A stretch of 64,000 bases of DNA from a virus. Taxonomy: Duplodnaviria; Caudoviricetes. Of the stretch, positions 27,701-42,220 are shown one piece after another. Every line of letters starts with the position of its first letter. The stretch's first letter is position 1. The DNA lies in IMG/VR virus record IMGVR_UViG_3300031760_000034, positions 10,980-74,979 of that record. The stretch is one strand, 5' to 3'. A program made the position numbers and the translations under genes. Under the pieces are notes generated by a model. That model worked only from the letters and a program-made list of their open reading frames with translations, had not been told where the DNA came from and did not search any database.

Positions 27701-30700
27701 TCAGAGTCCATGAAATTAAGAGTTTTTACAAACTTAACATCTTGGTATGTGCCTGGTTGTGTACCAGCATTATAAGCATTATATCTGAGCTCTTCGTGAT
27801 GTTGGAATCCTTGAACAAGAGAAGCAAGTAAGTAATTTTTAATAGAGCCATCTACAGAACGCATATCAGAATATGCAGGATCTGTCATTATCTTTATACG
27901 AATATCTTCAAGTCTGTCGGAAATAGTATTATTACCGCTAACAAGGCCTTTGATATTTATATTCATATTCTAAGCCCACGTATTAAAGAATCCAGCTCGT
28001 ATATAGTTCATTATCTGTTTACTTACAGCCTTTCTCATGTCAGCAGAAGCATTCTTCTCACCAATTTGGTTAAGAATTCTGTCTACTTGTACCTAGAATT
28101 GGTTTGTAGACTCTATGGTAAACGATCCCATTATATCCATAAACAGATCTAGCGCGTTGTTAGTTTTGTCTTTAATATAACTATCGTTATAGTAATCTGA
28201 CAAATCTTCAAACAACCCGTAATCATTGCCTGGAAGATTGAATAGTCTATCAACGCCTTCTCTGTACGCCATTTGTTCAGTCACGTTCTTACCCTGTTTT
28301 CTAGTATCAATTTTACTATATTTTACAAGATCAGAAAGCTGTTGTTCATATGGCTAAAATTTATCCTTTGCCCTATATACCAAATACTGAATTTCTGCAG
28401 CTGAAAGGTTTACATTATCTTGCACTTTATACATCCTAGCATGCCCATTCATCGGAATGTGTTTCTTTGATATTTGATGTAAAATATCATTATTTTTACT
28501 AAGAAGTATTTGAATAGCGTCGTCTACAGAAATTCCTCTAACTTTTTCGAAGTATCCGTCAAGCACTTTATTCGCTTGTTTTAGAGTACCGACATTCTTA
28601 GGAAGACTAAAATTACTCTTTACAAAGTTATATACAACTTCTTCTACAGCTTCATTTTGTCTACGAGATTTACTTCTACTCGATTCAGAACCGTATTGAC
28701 TTGCAGCGTTATTGTATGCATTAGCCATTTCTACCATAATAGGTTGAGTTGTAAAGTAGAATGTATCTTTACCGAATCCAGTTCTAATCATAAGATTTAC
28801 TAGATTATAAGTATAACTGTTTACATTCAACCTTGCGATATATGGATCTTTGGCTACGTCTACGTGTGCATTTATAAGTCCAGATATCCAAGAAAGTATA
28901 GAGTTTCCGTATCTATCAGAAGACTGGTCGAGCCTATACATTCCTAATTGACCTAAGAACCCATCTTGCTTAAACTTAACGCCATACAACATAGTAAGAA
29001 TGTGGCTGTTGTTGTTAAGAGCAAATGGTCCAATACCGAACTTACCTGTAATAAATTCTGTCTTAGTAGATGCGTTTGCCCATAATGAATATGGAGTAAA
29101 CGGATCAAGCGGCTTTTCAGCTTGTCCTTCTTCTATGTCTTTAATTATGTCTTTAAGAAGTTTAGTGTCACCGTCAATAGACGCATGATTAGAATGTGCA
29201 GTTCTATTTACGTTCTACTCGTTTTCAGACTTAGAATCTTTAAGAAGAGCAATATAGTCGCTAAGAAGTCTATTTGCATAATACTCATGAGAACCTTCTT
29301 TAAAGCTTGTATTAGCTTTTCCGTTCTTTACATCATAGTAGAACCTAGATAAGAAGAGTTTATCGATATCGAAGTCAGCACCTGTAATCTTAGTAAATTC
29401 TTTAGGAAGTACAATAGTATCTCTCACTACAGGAAGAACATCTACACAACGTAATGCGTGTATTGATGATTGCGCCTGAGTAGGAATACGAGATCCAACT
29501 ACATTTGCAGTAGCGTTACTCCACTCTCCATTCTTCTTTCTTCCGCTTATTATGCCGTTTTCTATAAGCCATTGTTTGGCATCTTCAAACGACTTTTTAC
29601 GTTTCTTAGGAACTCTTTTACGTATTTCAGAACCGTTTTCATCTGTAGTTGTTGTATAGAGATATTGACCTTGATCATCCATCTCATATACAATATGACC
29701 TTCATCATCTCTTACAACATCGTCTGGTATAATATCGTCAAAGAAATCAATAGAAAGAACACAGTCCATGGATCCTTCCTCATTTATCATTTGAAGTTCT
29801 CGTCCTTCATAAATAGATGCGGGCAGGTCTTCTTCATTTTGTACTGTAGTCGCCCCTTCCATAGCCCAAGCAGAACGCTGAATAAACGCAGCTCCAGGAG
29901 TATTTATATCGATTACATTCTTATTGATCATAGATGTAACAATACTCTGTATCCACTCAAGACTATTTTGAGCTACAGGAGGAATATACATGGCAGGCTC
30001 GCCGTTAGCATCGAGAGTAATACTTACAGCATCGATTGCTTCTTGACTAGCTCCTCTAGATGCGAGTTCTTCTTTAAGGAATTTAGACAGCTCTTCTATC
30101 TTTATTTCTTTAGTGGTAATCTCCTCGCCATTCTCTCCAGTAGTTTTAGTTTCTTTTATAAACCTTTCACGTACTTTCTGTTCTCCAATATTAGAAATCT
30201 GATTTATACAATTCATAATATCATTTCTAACATCAAGAGCAGATGCTGTACGGAACGTTCTGTTACCATTTTCGTCTACGCTTTCAAGAATAGTATAATC
30301 GCGTCCTGGTATAATACTAGCCATTACAACTTTGGTCATCTGTGTACCCATTTTGTTTGTAAGGCTTCCATGAGGATCTGTATTGAACTGTTTACGAATA
30401 TATTTGAAATCTTGTTCGTACTTGTTGAATGTAAACTAGCTGAATGGAGGTTGAGGCTTCCAATTCTAATTACCAACGTCACCGTCTATAAAGTTGTTTT
30501 CGTTTGTCGGATCGTAGTCTTCTTTGAATTCAGACATTACCATTGGTTTACTTCCTTGAGATCCAACTTTCACAGCAGAGTTGATCATAAGCATGTGCAC
30601 GCCTTCTTTCTTCATCTTATCAAAGATTTTGGCAGTAGCACCTGTAGATATACATTTGAACATTGGGAATATAGCCATCTTATCATAATAAGGAGCTGCT

Positions 30701-33700
30701 ATTCCGTTAGCAAATCTAAATCCGTATGCAGTATACTTTTGATTACCTATTACTGTGGTAAGCACATCCTAATAAGCCTTCTATAATGTAAGAATGTCTT
30801 TGGTTGTATAAACCTTACCGTCTACTTCCTAACCTCTAAGAATCTTAAAAGCTCTCTCTATCTTAGAGTCCCATGAACCAACCATACGTAGTAACCATTC
30901 AGCCATTTCATCGGTAACATATGCTGCACCGTCAGCTACATCTATATCAGACATGAAATCAGAAGACTTCTTCTTGGCATTCTTAGTAAGCATGTCGTAT
31001 ATATCAGCATTTTCATTCTAAAGAGCCTGTTTTATCTCATCGATAGACATATTTTCTATTTTCTGAGAAAGTTGTTTAGCCTCTTCAGAATTACTATTTG
31101 CAAATGTAATACCTGCCTTATCAAGTTGGCTTCTCATATATGCAGAACGCAACTCTCCGTCTTCGATCATCTTCGATAAATCATCTTGAAGAGCAGATCC
31201 AATCATCTCATTGTCTACTTCTGCACATGTATATTTAGTAGGAATGCCAGGTATATCAAGAACATTATTTTGTCCTGTAGATATAAGTCCACCAAGTCGC
31301 TTATGTTGATCTATACTTCTATCAATAAGTTCTCCATTCGAACCATATTTCCATTTAAAGAACGCAGGATGACCGGCATACAGTCTTTCTACTTCTTGTA
31401 TAGAAATATTAGAAGCGGCAGATACTCTGCTTAGGAACGCGGCGATAGCCATAGATTCCCTTTGTTGTTTATTAGATATGTGCTTATAATTTTCAGAAAT
31501 AAGTTTGATTTGCTAAGCATCTAATAATTTGTTTTCATATCTGAGTATAATAGGGATCTTCTCGTCGTTTGATACTTTCTTTATAAGTCCTAAGTCTTCT
31601 GCGTACTTAAGCTCGTTTTCTACCTGTTTGTTCAGAGATCTAGTAAGAAGTTTAAATTGATGTTCCTTTAATTGTTGTTCATTTACATGGATCAAACTAG
31701 ACCAATTAGAATCGCCTTTTTTTGTTTTGAGATAATACATGCCAGGTTTATCTGGGTCTGGTATTCCAAAGAAGTATGCTTGAGCTGTTTTCCAGTTAGC
31801 AATCTCATCTTTATATTTTGTACTACCTTCTTCGTGAACTCTATTAAAAGACACCCAGTTGCCATTCTCATCATATATACCAGTAAGTACGCCAAATCTA
31901 CCACCTTGAACGATTGTGTGTCCGTCGTATTCGTTTCCTTTGTGATAATTCATCACTTTCTACGAATCATCGAGAGGTGGATGTTTTGTACCTTCTTCGT
32001 CAGTATACCCTCTTACTTGTTTTATACATTCTTCAACGGCTTTCTTCTCGCAAAGAGCATATTGCAGTAATTGTTCAAGTACTTGCCTATCTTGAGACAT
32101 GGTATATTTACCATTTCCAAGATCTGTAAATGTATTTATGTGTGTAAGTCCTGGGATAGTAATACCAGTCAAATATGTCCATGTCTTCTTATCGGACATT
32201 GTTGGGAATATAAGACCTCCTTCTTGTGTCAGAATCTGGCATTTAGTAATATAATCTTCAGCTGGAGATATTTCGGCATAATCCTAACCCATGTCGCCCT
32301 TCTGGTCTGTTCTAAATCCAGCAACAGTAACTACCTTTAATTTACTTCCATCTTCAACTTGCTTTATTACTATAGAACCAATTTTTCTTGAGCCTTGTTC
32401 CATGTAATTGTAACTGAAAGATTTCAGATCGTTGATTGGACCTTCATCCCCAGTTAAAGAAGCGTTTATATCATCTGTAACGTCTGTAATAAGACTATTC
32501 TCAGATATTACATAATAACGGTTTCCTTTTGTAGCAAGTACACTAAGCTGATCATGGTCGTGTGTATATTTATACTTTGCGTTAGCAAGCATTCCTATAA
32601 AACCAAATGAGGCGAGAGCTGTATCGATAGACTTTCCGTTAAGAGTACCATTGGGAGTGATATTTAAAGATTTTGTAACTTTATTATAACATCCTCTCAA
32701 CCAATCTAAGAACGGAGTAATGCTAGATGGACCAGTTGACTCAAACATTTTCATCAACGCAGTGTGATCAGAAGAACCATACTTAAGTCTAAGTGTATAG
32801 TTGAGTTCATCTTTACTAAATTGTATACCAAGTTTTTGTAATGTGTTACAGAACTCGTCTTTTACATAATCAAACTGATCTTCCTTTGTTACATCAAGTT
32901 GTGTAGCTCTTACTTTACCATCTTCTCCTTTAAAATTAACTGTAACAGTCCCTCCAGAAGAAACGGCCTTCTTTACGTCAGTGAAGAAATCATATATATG
33001 CTGGAATACTTCTGGCGAGTATCTTCTATCAGTTCCTTTTCTAAACTTCATTTGATATCCAGAAGTAGTTTTCTCGAGATATTCACTTCCATTCGCAAAC
33101 AACTACGACCACACAATTTTATACTCCTTAGCGTTATAATCACTATCTGTGTTCTAGATAGTAACATTCCAAGTTCCATCTTGAGATCTGTTAGCTTTAC
33201 CTATTACATATTCTCCTTTAGCTGCATGCAAAGCTACTAGAAGCTGACTAAATGAGGCTTCTGCATCTGCGTCTCCCTGCTGTGCTTTATCATATAAAAC
33301 TTGTACAACGTTTCTATGTATATAGTCGAACATTGCGTTGTCTTTACCAAGTTTCGCAAGCCTATTAAGAAGTTCTTTAGAATTTCGACAATCGTGGCAT
33401 TGGTTTACAAGAGTATTAAATACATACTTAACGTCAAAATATTCAACTAGACCTTCGTCGTTCAATATATTCTTTGTAACCCTCTTACCTGCTTTATAAC
33501 CAAAACGTTTCTTTGGTATTCTAGCAAGTATAAACTTAACCTTAGCTCCAGTTCTGCTAAACTGAGAAGACTCATGAGAATATTTGAGTTGATCGAACGA
33601 AGCCTCTAATACACCCTCTCCAGATTCTATATCCTAAACATTTTCAGCCTCGTCGTCTTCATTTCTATTTATTTCAAACGTGTTGGCTAAATATGTACGT

Positions 33701-36700
33701 AAGTCGTTTTCAACTACATCTATATTCTCTACCAATTCTTGAAGGGCTAACGCACCATGAGCTCTACTATTAATCATTCTTTGATAGTTCTGATCACGCT
33801 CAATAGCAGCCTTGCTTATACGTAAGTTCTCAAGACCCTCTCCAGTTATACTCACATCGTTGGTCCTAAACACAAGATATACAAGAGTATTGCGTAGTAC
33901 TCTATACTGATATCTATTGAGAATGTGTTTAAATTCGTGACCACCAATAGAGAATGGTGCAAACGCTCCATGAGACTATAAGAATCTTTGTACTTTCTCT
34001 GCATTCTAGCTCCATAAATGTTTTGTAGCGCCCATTCTAGTCATAACATAGAAAGTATACAGTCTAAAGTCTCCTATCTTACCCATAATCTTAGCTACCT
34101 ACGATATAAACTTAAACGGGTTTCTTATCGCTCCGAGATTAAAAGTAGGTCTATTCTCCATGTAGTATCTGAACTCTTCAGCAAGACCTTCTCTGATTTG
34201 CTTATTGCTTAACAAATCTGCATCGTCTTTATATTTAATATGCATCTTTCTAGCATAAGCCTTATAGAGCATCTTTCTTGTCTTATCACCAAGAAGTAGT
34301 TCTACTATCTTGTGGAATGCCTCGTGGTATACGGTACCCTGCGGTGCATATGGGTCAAACAACATTTTACCACTGAAATGACATAAGCCTAACACAGAAG
34401 CATTTGTTCTAGATATTTCTGCAAGTTTGTCTGTGACGTTCTTATCTGTAATTTCTTCGCCAAGAACTTTGCTTAAGAACTCGTTTGCCTTTTCTACGCT
34501 AAACTTATCTTTGGCTTTTTGACCAGTCATTAGATCCATATCTTCAAGGCTGTCGTCTATACCAAGATCGTCAGTAGTAGGAATATCGTCAACGAGATCT
34601 ACTGCTGGGTTTTTAGCCGGTTGTTCTGGCTGTTGTGGAGTGTCGTCAAATACTAAAGGAATGTCTTCGTTGAAGTTAAGAAGCGGATTTGTAAATCCTG
34701 TAAATTTAGTTTGAACAAATCCTCTACGCATAGCCCAAGCAAGACCGCTTAATCCTTCTGGGTGTTCAAAATCTCCAAAGTCTTTCTCATCAAACACTAT
34801 AGTACTCTGTCCAAATGTGAGTTTTCCTCCATTTCTGAACACTTCTTTACCCATTTCACTCTCTTTGAACTCAGTAAGTCCATGTAAAGGATGAGAGAAA
34901 TTATCGTTTCCCTTATTTACTCTACATTCTAAGAATTCATTGTATGTGAACGTCTTGTTGTGGTGTGCAAGTAAGAAATCCTTTAATGTCTTCTAATCTT
35001 GTTCATCGAGTATGTTAAATCTACCATTATTTGGTATCTCCACACCTTCTCCAAAGTTTCCGTGCAGTATTACATAACGCTGATCATTCTTATCGTACTC
35101 AATATATCTAAGAGACTACTGGTATGGGTTATATCGCTCGTCTAATGCTTTATATCGTATAAGCATTCTGAGAACCTGCATTCTAGTAAGTCCTTTATAT
35201 ATTCCATCTTCAAAGAACACTTGGTTCTCCATTGCATGAGCTCCATAGTCTCCATTATCCGCCATATACTTACCAGAAAGCAGATCGATGATAAGCTGAG
35301 CGTCTCCTTCTGTAACTGGAGAATAATGTACGTTTACTGGAACTTTCTGGTCTTTATCTATTTCAGGATAAGGAGGGTGTACCATCATTACCATACCACC
35401 ATCTGCAGGCATTATCTTATCTGGTCTAGTTCTAGAGTATTCGTAAACTTCATGGTGACCACCAGCCTAACCTGGAACATATGCTATTGGGGTTCCATCT
35501 TGTCTATATTGAACTATGCAGAATGTATCTTGAGAAGAGCTAAACTCTATGTCATACATAGTATCATCGGCAAACAGTCCCATTTGCTCAAACGTACGCA
35601 ATGTATTTCCTTCTATAATACCGTTACTTCTACTAATTGCAGACTTTTGCGGCATTACAAGTCTACCACCAGCTTCGCCAAGCATTCTGAGTACTTGAGA
35701 ATAGAACAGTTTTCCTTTTCCATTTGTACTATCTGAAGTATGTATGTCAATAGGAGAGAATTGATGTCCTCCATACATAACGTTCAACTGTATTTTAGGA
35801 GTCCTCGTGCTCGTTCTTGTGGTGAACCAGAATACTCCATTCTCTAAGAAGTCTGGGTTGGCACTAACATCGGAAAGTCTTACTCCAGATCCATCAGTAG
35901 CAACAGAATCTTCTATATTATAGCCGCGACTAGCTTCCATTCCTGTATGAGTAGTAGTATACTATGCCCATGGCCTTTCGTATCTTACAGAAGGAGCTTC
36001 TATTGTAGGAGGCACTGTAGGAGGTTCCTAAATATTCTCGTAGAGTTTGTTGTATTCGTCAATATCTCCCTTAACGCGTATATAATTATCAAGAGATCCT
36101 AAATTCAGCTGCACATCGTTGTCCTCTGCAGCATTTAACAGCATTTGTACGTTTGAGAGGGCTTCAGAGTATAACCTTGCGTTGGTGTCAGTTTTAGCAC
36201 TAATGAAATGATCCCACCTCATTTGAAGTTCAAGAACCCACTTTTCGAAGTCTTCGTATAACTCTTTTTCGAACAACTCTCTAGAATGTAGGTTTTCCCA
36301 CAACTGATCATCAGTAGGATTAAGATGTTCTGGTACAGTCTGATTCTATTGATCTTCAAACTGCTGAATATCTCGCTTCACCCTTTCTTTAAGAGCATCA
36401 AACTCATTCTAGAATCTTATAGCAGCTCCATTTACTCCAGCATACTGTTGTTTAGATAATACTTTACCATTCCATTTAGATGTAAACCTATTCCATCTGG
36501 ACATAAAGTTATCAACAAGCTGTTTTGTCGCATCCGTTACTTTATCCCAGTCTTCTTTAGCAGTTTCAAAATCAGTGTTGACATCGTTTGAAGTAAATAT
36601 AGTATTACTAGAAGGAGAATACTCAGCTTCTATTTGAGCAACTTGTTCATCATAATCTTCGTAATCTTCTACCTACGGAGTTTCTTCTTTTACTTCTCCT

Positions 36701-39700
36701 TCAGGCTCTTGTATCTAAGGTTCAGATGTACTTGTAGCAGCCGTTTCTGTGGCTTCTGAGGCGTTTTCTGCAGGCTCCTGTACAGTTGTTCCAGGAGTAC
36801 TCGGTTCGGGCTCTGTAGGCGTTTCTACGGGCTCTGGAGACGGTTGTTCCGATGAGCTTTCTGATGATTCAGGAGCAGCTTCTTCGACTGGCTGCGTTTC
36901 TGTCTCCATGTCTTCTACAGACTGTTCTTCTTCTGATGTAGTGGCTTCAAATGTATCGTGTATCTGTTGTCTAAGCTCTTCATCAGACTTTACAGATGCT
37001 AAATACTTATCTATAAGGTCTAATGCTGACTTCTTTCTATCAGTAAAATCAGTCTGAGCATTCTTATAAGCTTCCTACATTTCAGGACTTGTGAGGAACT
37101 CCATACCAGAAACTTTACCACCAAGCAGCAAATATTGTATCGCGGTAGCCTCTTCTATATCTGTTATATAGTTTGCAGAATCGCGATACAGATCACGAAG
37201 TACATCATGTAATTTTTGATTTGGAATAGTCTTAAAATCATCTACAGTGGACGCATTCTTTATTGCCTTAAATCTTGATAACGACTGAAGTCTTTTGATC
37301 TGTCTGTTTACAGAACGAAGACGTCTCTTATCTGCAGTAGTAGGCTCTGCCGTCATCTCAAGTTGATCTCTAAGAGTAAATAATGCGTCAAGGGATGCTA
37401 TTTCTTTTATATAACTTACAAGATTTGGTATAGCTGCACGTATACCTTGCATATTATACAACGTTTCGCCTCCGAGGCCGCCTTTGATGGCACCGTCCCC
37501 TTCATGCTATACTTCAGTATCAATGAGATCAAACTCGTCATTAATCTTCAGAAGATCTCCGTAAGTCATTGTACCGAGAATCTCCTATATTCCTCTGCTC
37601 TCTTCTTGATTACCACTTACAAGACCGTTTACAAGAGAATTGGCACTCTTCTCAAGCTCATTCAAACCAGTAATACCTTGTTTAGCAAGATCTTTGGCCC
37701 ACATTATAAGGCCTACGTAGTTACCAAACTTCTTTGTACCTGGTTTTATATCAAGTTGCTTTGCGCCATCTTGAACATTCTTAGAATTTGCAGTATCAAA
37801 CACATCTTGATATGCCTTTCTCTGCTCTTGCACGTCTTCTGCAGTGAAGTTTAGCCCATCGGTACCACCATTTCGCTGTTCTGCAGTAGTTGCAACATTC
37901 TCCATAGCATCAAATGCCTTCATAATACGCTCATATTGCGTAGGAGACGTCTATGTTGCAAGATAAGAATTATTGGCAATAGTAGTTCTATCAGCCATCT
38001 TGTGCGCAAGCACATTGTTTACAACAAAGTTACTAGCTTTGAGATCTTGATATGCTCCAGTAATGGCATTGAACCCTTGTATAGTGGCAGTATGGCCAAA
38101 TCCACCCAAGAATCCGCCTTTCATGTTGGCTATAAGCTCTTTATCTGAAGTAGCGCCAAACATATCGCCAACGAAAGAATACGCAGCTCTAGAACCACCA
38201 GCAATATCGTTTATAATAGAGTCCATAAGAGTATCACTCTCACCAGAATAAGCACCATCTGCGTATTGCTTTCCGTTTAAATACTGCTTACCTTCTTCAA
38301 TTGCCTCAGACCAACCTGCTCCAAATACTTTAGATGCAAAATCTACAACATTTTTACCTATTGCTTTGGCTCCAAGAAGTTTCTTAGGCATTTGCTCTAT
38401 GATATCGGCTGCAAATCCTAAGCGCTTAGTAATACCTCTAACAGCACTTTTTGGTAATGCACGACCAACCGTCTTTAATCCAGCCTGCACAGCTTTTCCA
38501 GCAAGTACCAACGGGAATGCTACAGAACTAGCTACAGCTCCTCCTAAATCAGATTCTGCAAAGTCTTTGGCGAAGTTCTTAGTAGCCATCAATACTTTTC
38601 CGGCAGTAGGATGCTCGTGCATAAAGTTGTACATTCTCTTAAACCTAGAGGCCTTTGCTCCAGGAGTAATCATACTAGCTTTAGCCAATTTAGTGACAGG
38701 ACCTAAGAAGTTCAATCCTGCTTCGAATATCTCACTGCCTATTACAGCAGTCATATCATTCTTATACAGGTTGTTCAAACCATATGTAGCTACTTCTGCA
38801 ATGTCTTTGATCTTTTCTTTTGGTTCATAAATACCTGCTGCCATAGCATACATAAGTTCGTCGTCGGTAGCGTCCTTCTTACCAAGAGCTTTTCTACCCT
38901 CCTTCTGCCAGCGCTCGTATTCTCCGGCTTTGTTTAGCCTATCTATGAATAACTGCTGATAATTATCTCCAACTTCAGTGTCATTCTCATAATGACCTCC
39001 TATAACACCAAGACCTGTAGAAGCTAAGCCAGCTGCAGCTAAACCAGCAGCACCGCCTGTGCCCGCAGTAGCAGCCGCCATCGCAGCAAGACTAACAGCA
39101 GTAGAAGCAAGTTGATATCCTCCAAAAGACATAGAGGATCCTATAAGACCAGGCATCCCGTATATATACGTATCAGGATCAGTAAAGTTAAATTCCGTTA
39201 CAGCATCCGCCTTCTTTTTAAATTCTTCTGAAGGGTTATATCCACTAGACTTCCAACTCTTTAGCTCCCTTATGTTGTCTGCCATCCTATTTAATAGTTC
39301 CGGACGTTTTTTATCGAATTCCTCGCGTATTTGTCCAACAGCTCCGTCTATATTCTGCGAATATTGTTTAATCTAAGACTTTATTTCTAAAGGGAGATTA
39401 TTATATCCGTGTTTCGCTATAATTGCATCCAATGCTTCTAGGTTATACTTAGCATCTTTTTTACCTTGAGGAGCCCATCCGGTACCAGAATACATGGCCG
39501 CTTCATCAGTATTGCCAAAATAACTAGAAGCGTCACTAACTATCTTCTGTGTATTTTGGTTTTCAACCTACAATTTTTTTATCTCTTGAGATGTTTGATT
39601 AATTAAATCTTGCACATCTTTTGTTTTCTAGAGTTTATTAAGTTGTACAAGCTTATCAGATAAATCTATAATACGATTTATATTGCTTGTGTATCGTTGT

Positions 39701-40569
39701 AGGTCTGCACCTCTGCGCATTAACTCTTTGTATCTATTTATCTCACCAACATCAGATTTAATCTCCGATTCGTTTTTAAGAATAGCTCCTTGACCTAATG
39801 CATCTTTAGACCAGTTTGATTTTTGCTAAACTTGGGATTTAGCAATAAATGGGTCGTATGTAATGGCAGGTCTATTTCCAGCTATTGAAATGTTTTCAAA
39901 TAGTTTACCGGCCTCTGTAAGCATTCGCCCCCAAAAGTTAGCATGTTCTGGGTCTCCTTTTTCAAGCATTGCGTCTTTTACGTTATTTTGAGCAGACTCC
40001 AATTCGTCGTACTTTGCTATACTTAACGCAGACTCAATACCGTCTATCATTGTCCCAGTAGAGGATAGATCTAACTCGGTTTTCTCTATACCGTTTGGAT
40101 TAAATATAGTAAATTTAGTAGAGTCGTCTATTTTTCCAGTATCTGCCACAGACGTTTTCCCAGTAGGAGTAAACGATGGCTGTCTCTTCAACATGTTGGT
40201 AAGATACGACGGTTTTGCCTATTCGTAATCATCCTATCGTTTTAAGAACTATGGAGGTTCTGGCCCATCTAATTTTACTACAGGTTTATTATTAGTAGCC
40301 TTAACACTCTACTCAGTTTTATACTAATCATATCCTTCTCCACCAAACGGCTTAGGCCGGTACTCTTCTTTTTTTAGAGTATCGGCCAAGCGTTTATCGA
40401 GTTCTGCTTCCTCGTCGCGTCTCTTCTCGTCGGCTAGATCTCTTTCTCGACGCTGTCTAGCTGACTCTTCTTCATCGCGCTAAATCTGGTTTTGTATTAA
40501 TCTATTATATAACTGGGTAGATTCGTACACTCTTTGATTATTGCGCTGTATTAGTTTTTTTATATCCAT
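24712..40569 (-). CDS. Giant virion RNA polymerase polyprotein (5285 aa with TAG=Gln)
   Basis: The 23 track fragments share one frame and are joined by more than 50 in-frame TAGs with no TAA or TGA. Catalytic GADFDIDK (DFDID 29362-29376), DVADGAAY (30919-30942), FGIGPFALN; two HExxH motifs; SLOG-like domain at about 26280-26700. Confidence 0.92.
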
Positions 40570-40570
40570 A

Positions 40571-42220
40571 TTACCAGTCGTTTAAACTGTCTAATAAAAT
40601 TCCTTGTCCGGATCTAGTTTGTTCTGAAGCAAGTCCGGCTGCTTTATTTAAATATGAATCCATAATTGTCCACTGATTCATTGTTTCTGCACTAGGAATA
40701 GTACTATATCCATCAGGAGCAATTATAATATTTTGCTTATCTTTCTACTAAGATTTCATTTTTTCCGTTTCGGTAACCTTATACCAGTATGTATTATGGT
40801 TGGCACCTTCTCCGACTTCTACTTCTACAAATTGTTGATATTGTCCACTACTCATAGGAGCTGTATAAACTCTTCCTGTAGGAACCATACTTATTATAGC
40901 ACCTTCGCCGGATGGTTTTATCGTCTTTGGTTTATGTAAAGTCTTACTATTGCTATACAAAGTATTTGACGTCATTTCATCCTAGGTGTACAATTTATAT
41001 TTATCGTGTAACGGAACATATTGAACTCCTCCAGTAGCTGCGTTCTTAGCTCTAGAATGATCTCCGCCAAATCTAGATATCCAAGCGGACGTGGTTTCAG
41101 CATTATTCATACTGTAGAAATCGACAAATGCGTTAGAACGACTCTTTCTATCTAAGTCTTTATTTTTTGAAGCAAACCTTTTAGCAATTGTTAATCCCTC
41201 TCTTCCTGGGTCAGGAGATCCAGCCCATGATTGTATACCTCTACCGAGCAAAGTCAATCCGTAACTAGTAGCTTCTTTAGGACTACTTCCAGATCCACCT
41301 TTTCCGGCATTCTTCAAGCTCTGTAAAGCCATATCGTTCTTATGTCTGAGATTCTCTAATGCTACAGCATTTCTATGTTGCTGGTCAAGCTTAGCAAAAT
41401 CATCAGCATCTCTCTTAATAGATTTATATTCTCTATTTGCAGTAGCTATATCCTATTGCAACTGACGTTCAACATCATCTTTTGTATAAGGTAATCCTTT
41501 AGCAGCTACTTTTTGTTCTGCAAGATCTCTGTAATAATCTGCATATAAAGAACCTCTCCATCCAGGAGTTTCTCCAGCAGCTATATCAAGCAAATGTCTA
41601 TCTGCGAATCCTGTGTAATTATATCTTGGATCGTATTTCATATTAAAAGATTCGACATCAGCCTAATTAAGTATTTCTGGAGTTCTGTTATTATACCAAG
41701 ACTCTGTAGCTTCTTTAAGCGTTTTAGCTTCTGTAGGAGAAACTCTGTCCCAGATTTTACCTCCTCCTAACGTGTCCCAGTTAGCTAGGTTATAACCAAG
41801 ATATCTCTCTTCTAAGTCAGGATTATATAAACCTGCAGCTTCAAGCTTACCTCTATTCTTTAAATACTCTTCAGCATTCTTAGCACTACTCCTAAGTTTA
41901 GCTACTTGTCCAACAGGTATGTTATTAACCAACTATGCAACAATAGCTCTACCTTCAGCACTACGTAAAGGATCAATACCTCTAGCATATAGATTATTTA
42001 TAGTATCTCTTACTTTACCTGTAACATTCTAGTTATACCAATCTTGATCAGCTTGTATAGGTGTTACAAAATCTCCATATGCTGTATTGAAATCCTTTAT
42101 ACGCTACTCTCCTTTCTCGTACATATCTTTCGCAGCATTTATAGCCATCGCCATAATCTGCGTATCATATAGATCCCTAGTAGGAAGCTATATCCAATTA
42201 TCGTATGCGTATGTTGTCAT
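40571..42220 (-). CDS. Virion internal/cargo protein (549 aa with TAG=Gln)
   Basis: ATG 42220 (MTTYAYDNWIQLP...) to TAA 40571, one base from the RNAP start; only TAG interruptions. Confidence 0.8.

Noticed and set aside
29470-30786. 438-aa antisense ORF inside the RNAP gene
   Set aside because: It is in the same codon phase as the sense gene, so it only reflects local avoidance of TTA/CTA/TCA codons. The translation is I/S/F-rich with no motif. The same applies to the other shadow ORFs in the track (e.g. 1611-2228, 4109-4348, 5646-5897, 52809-53231).
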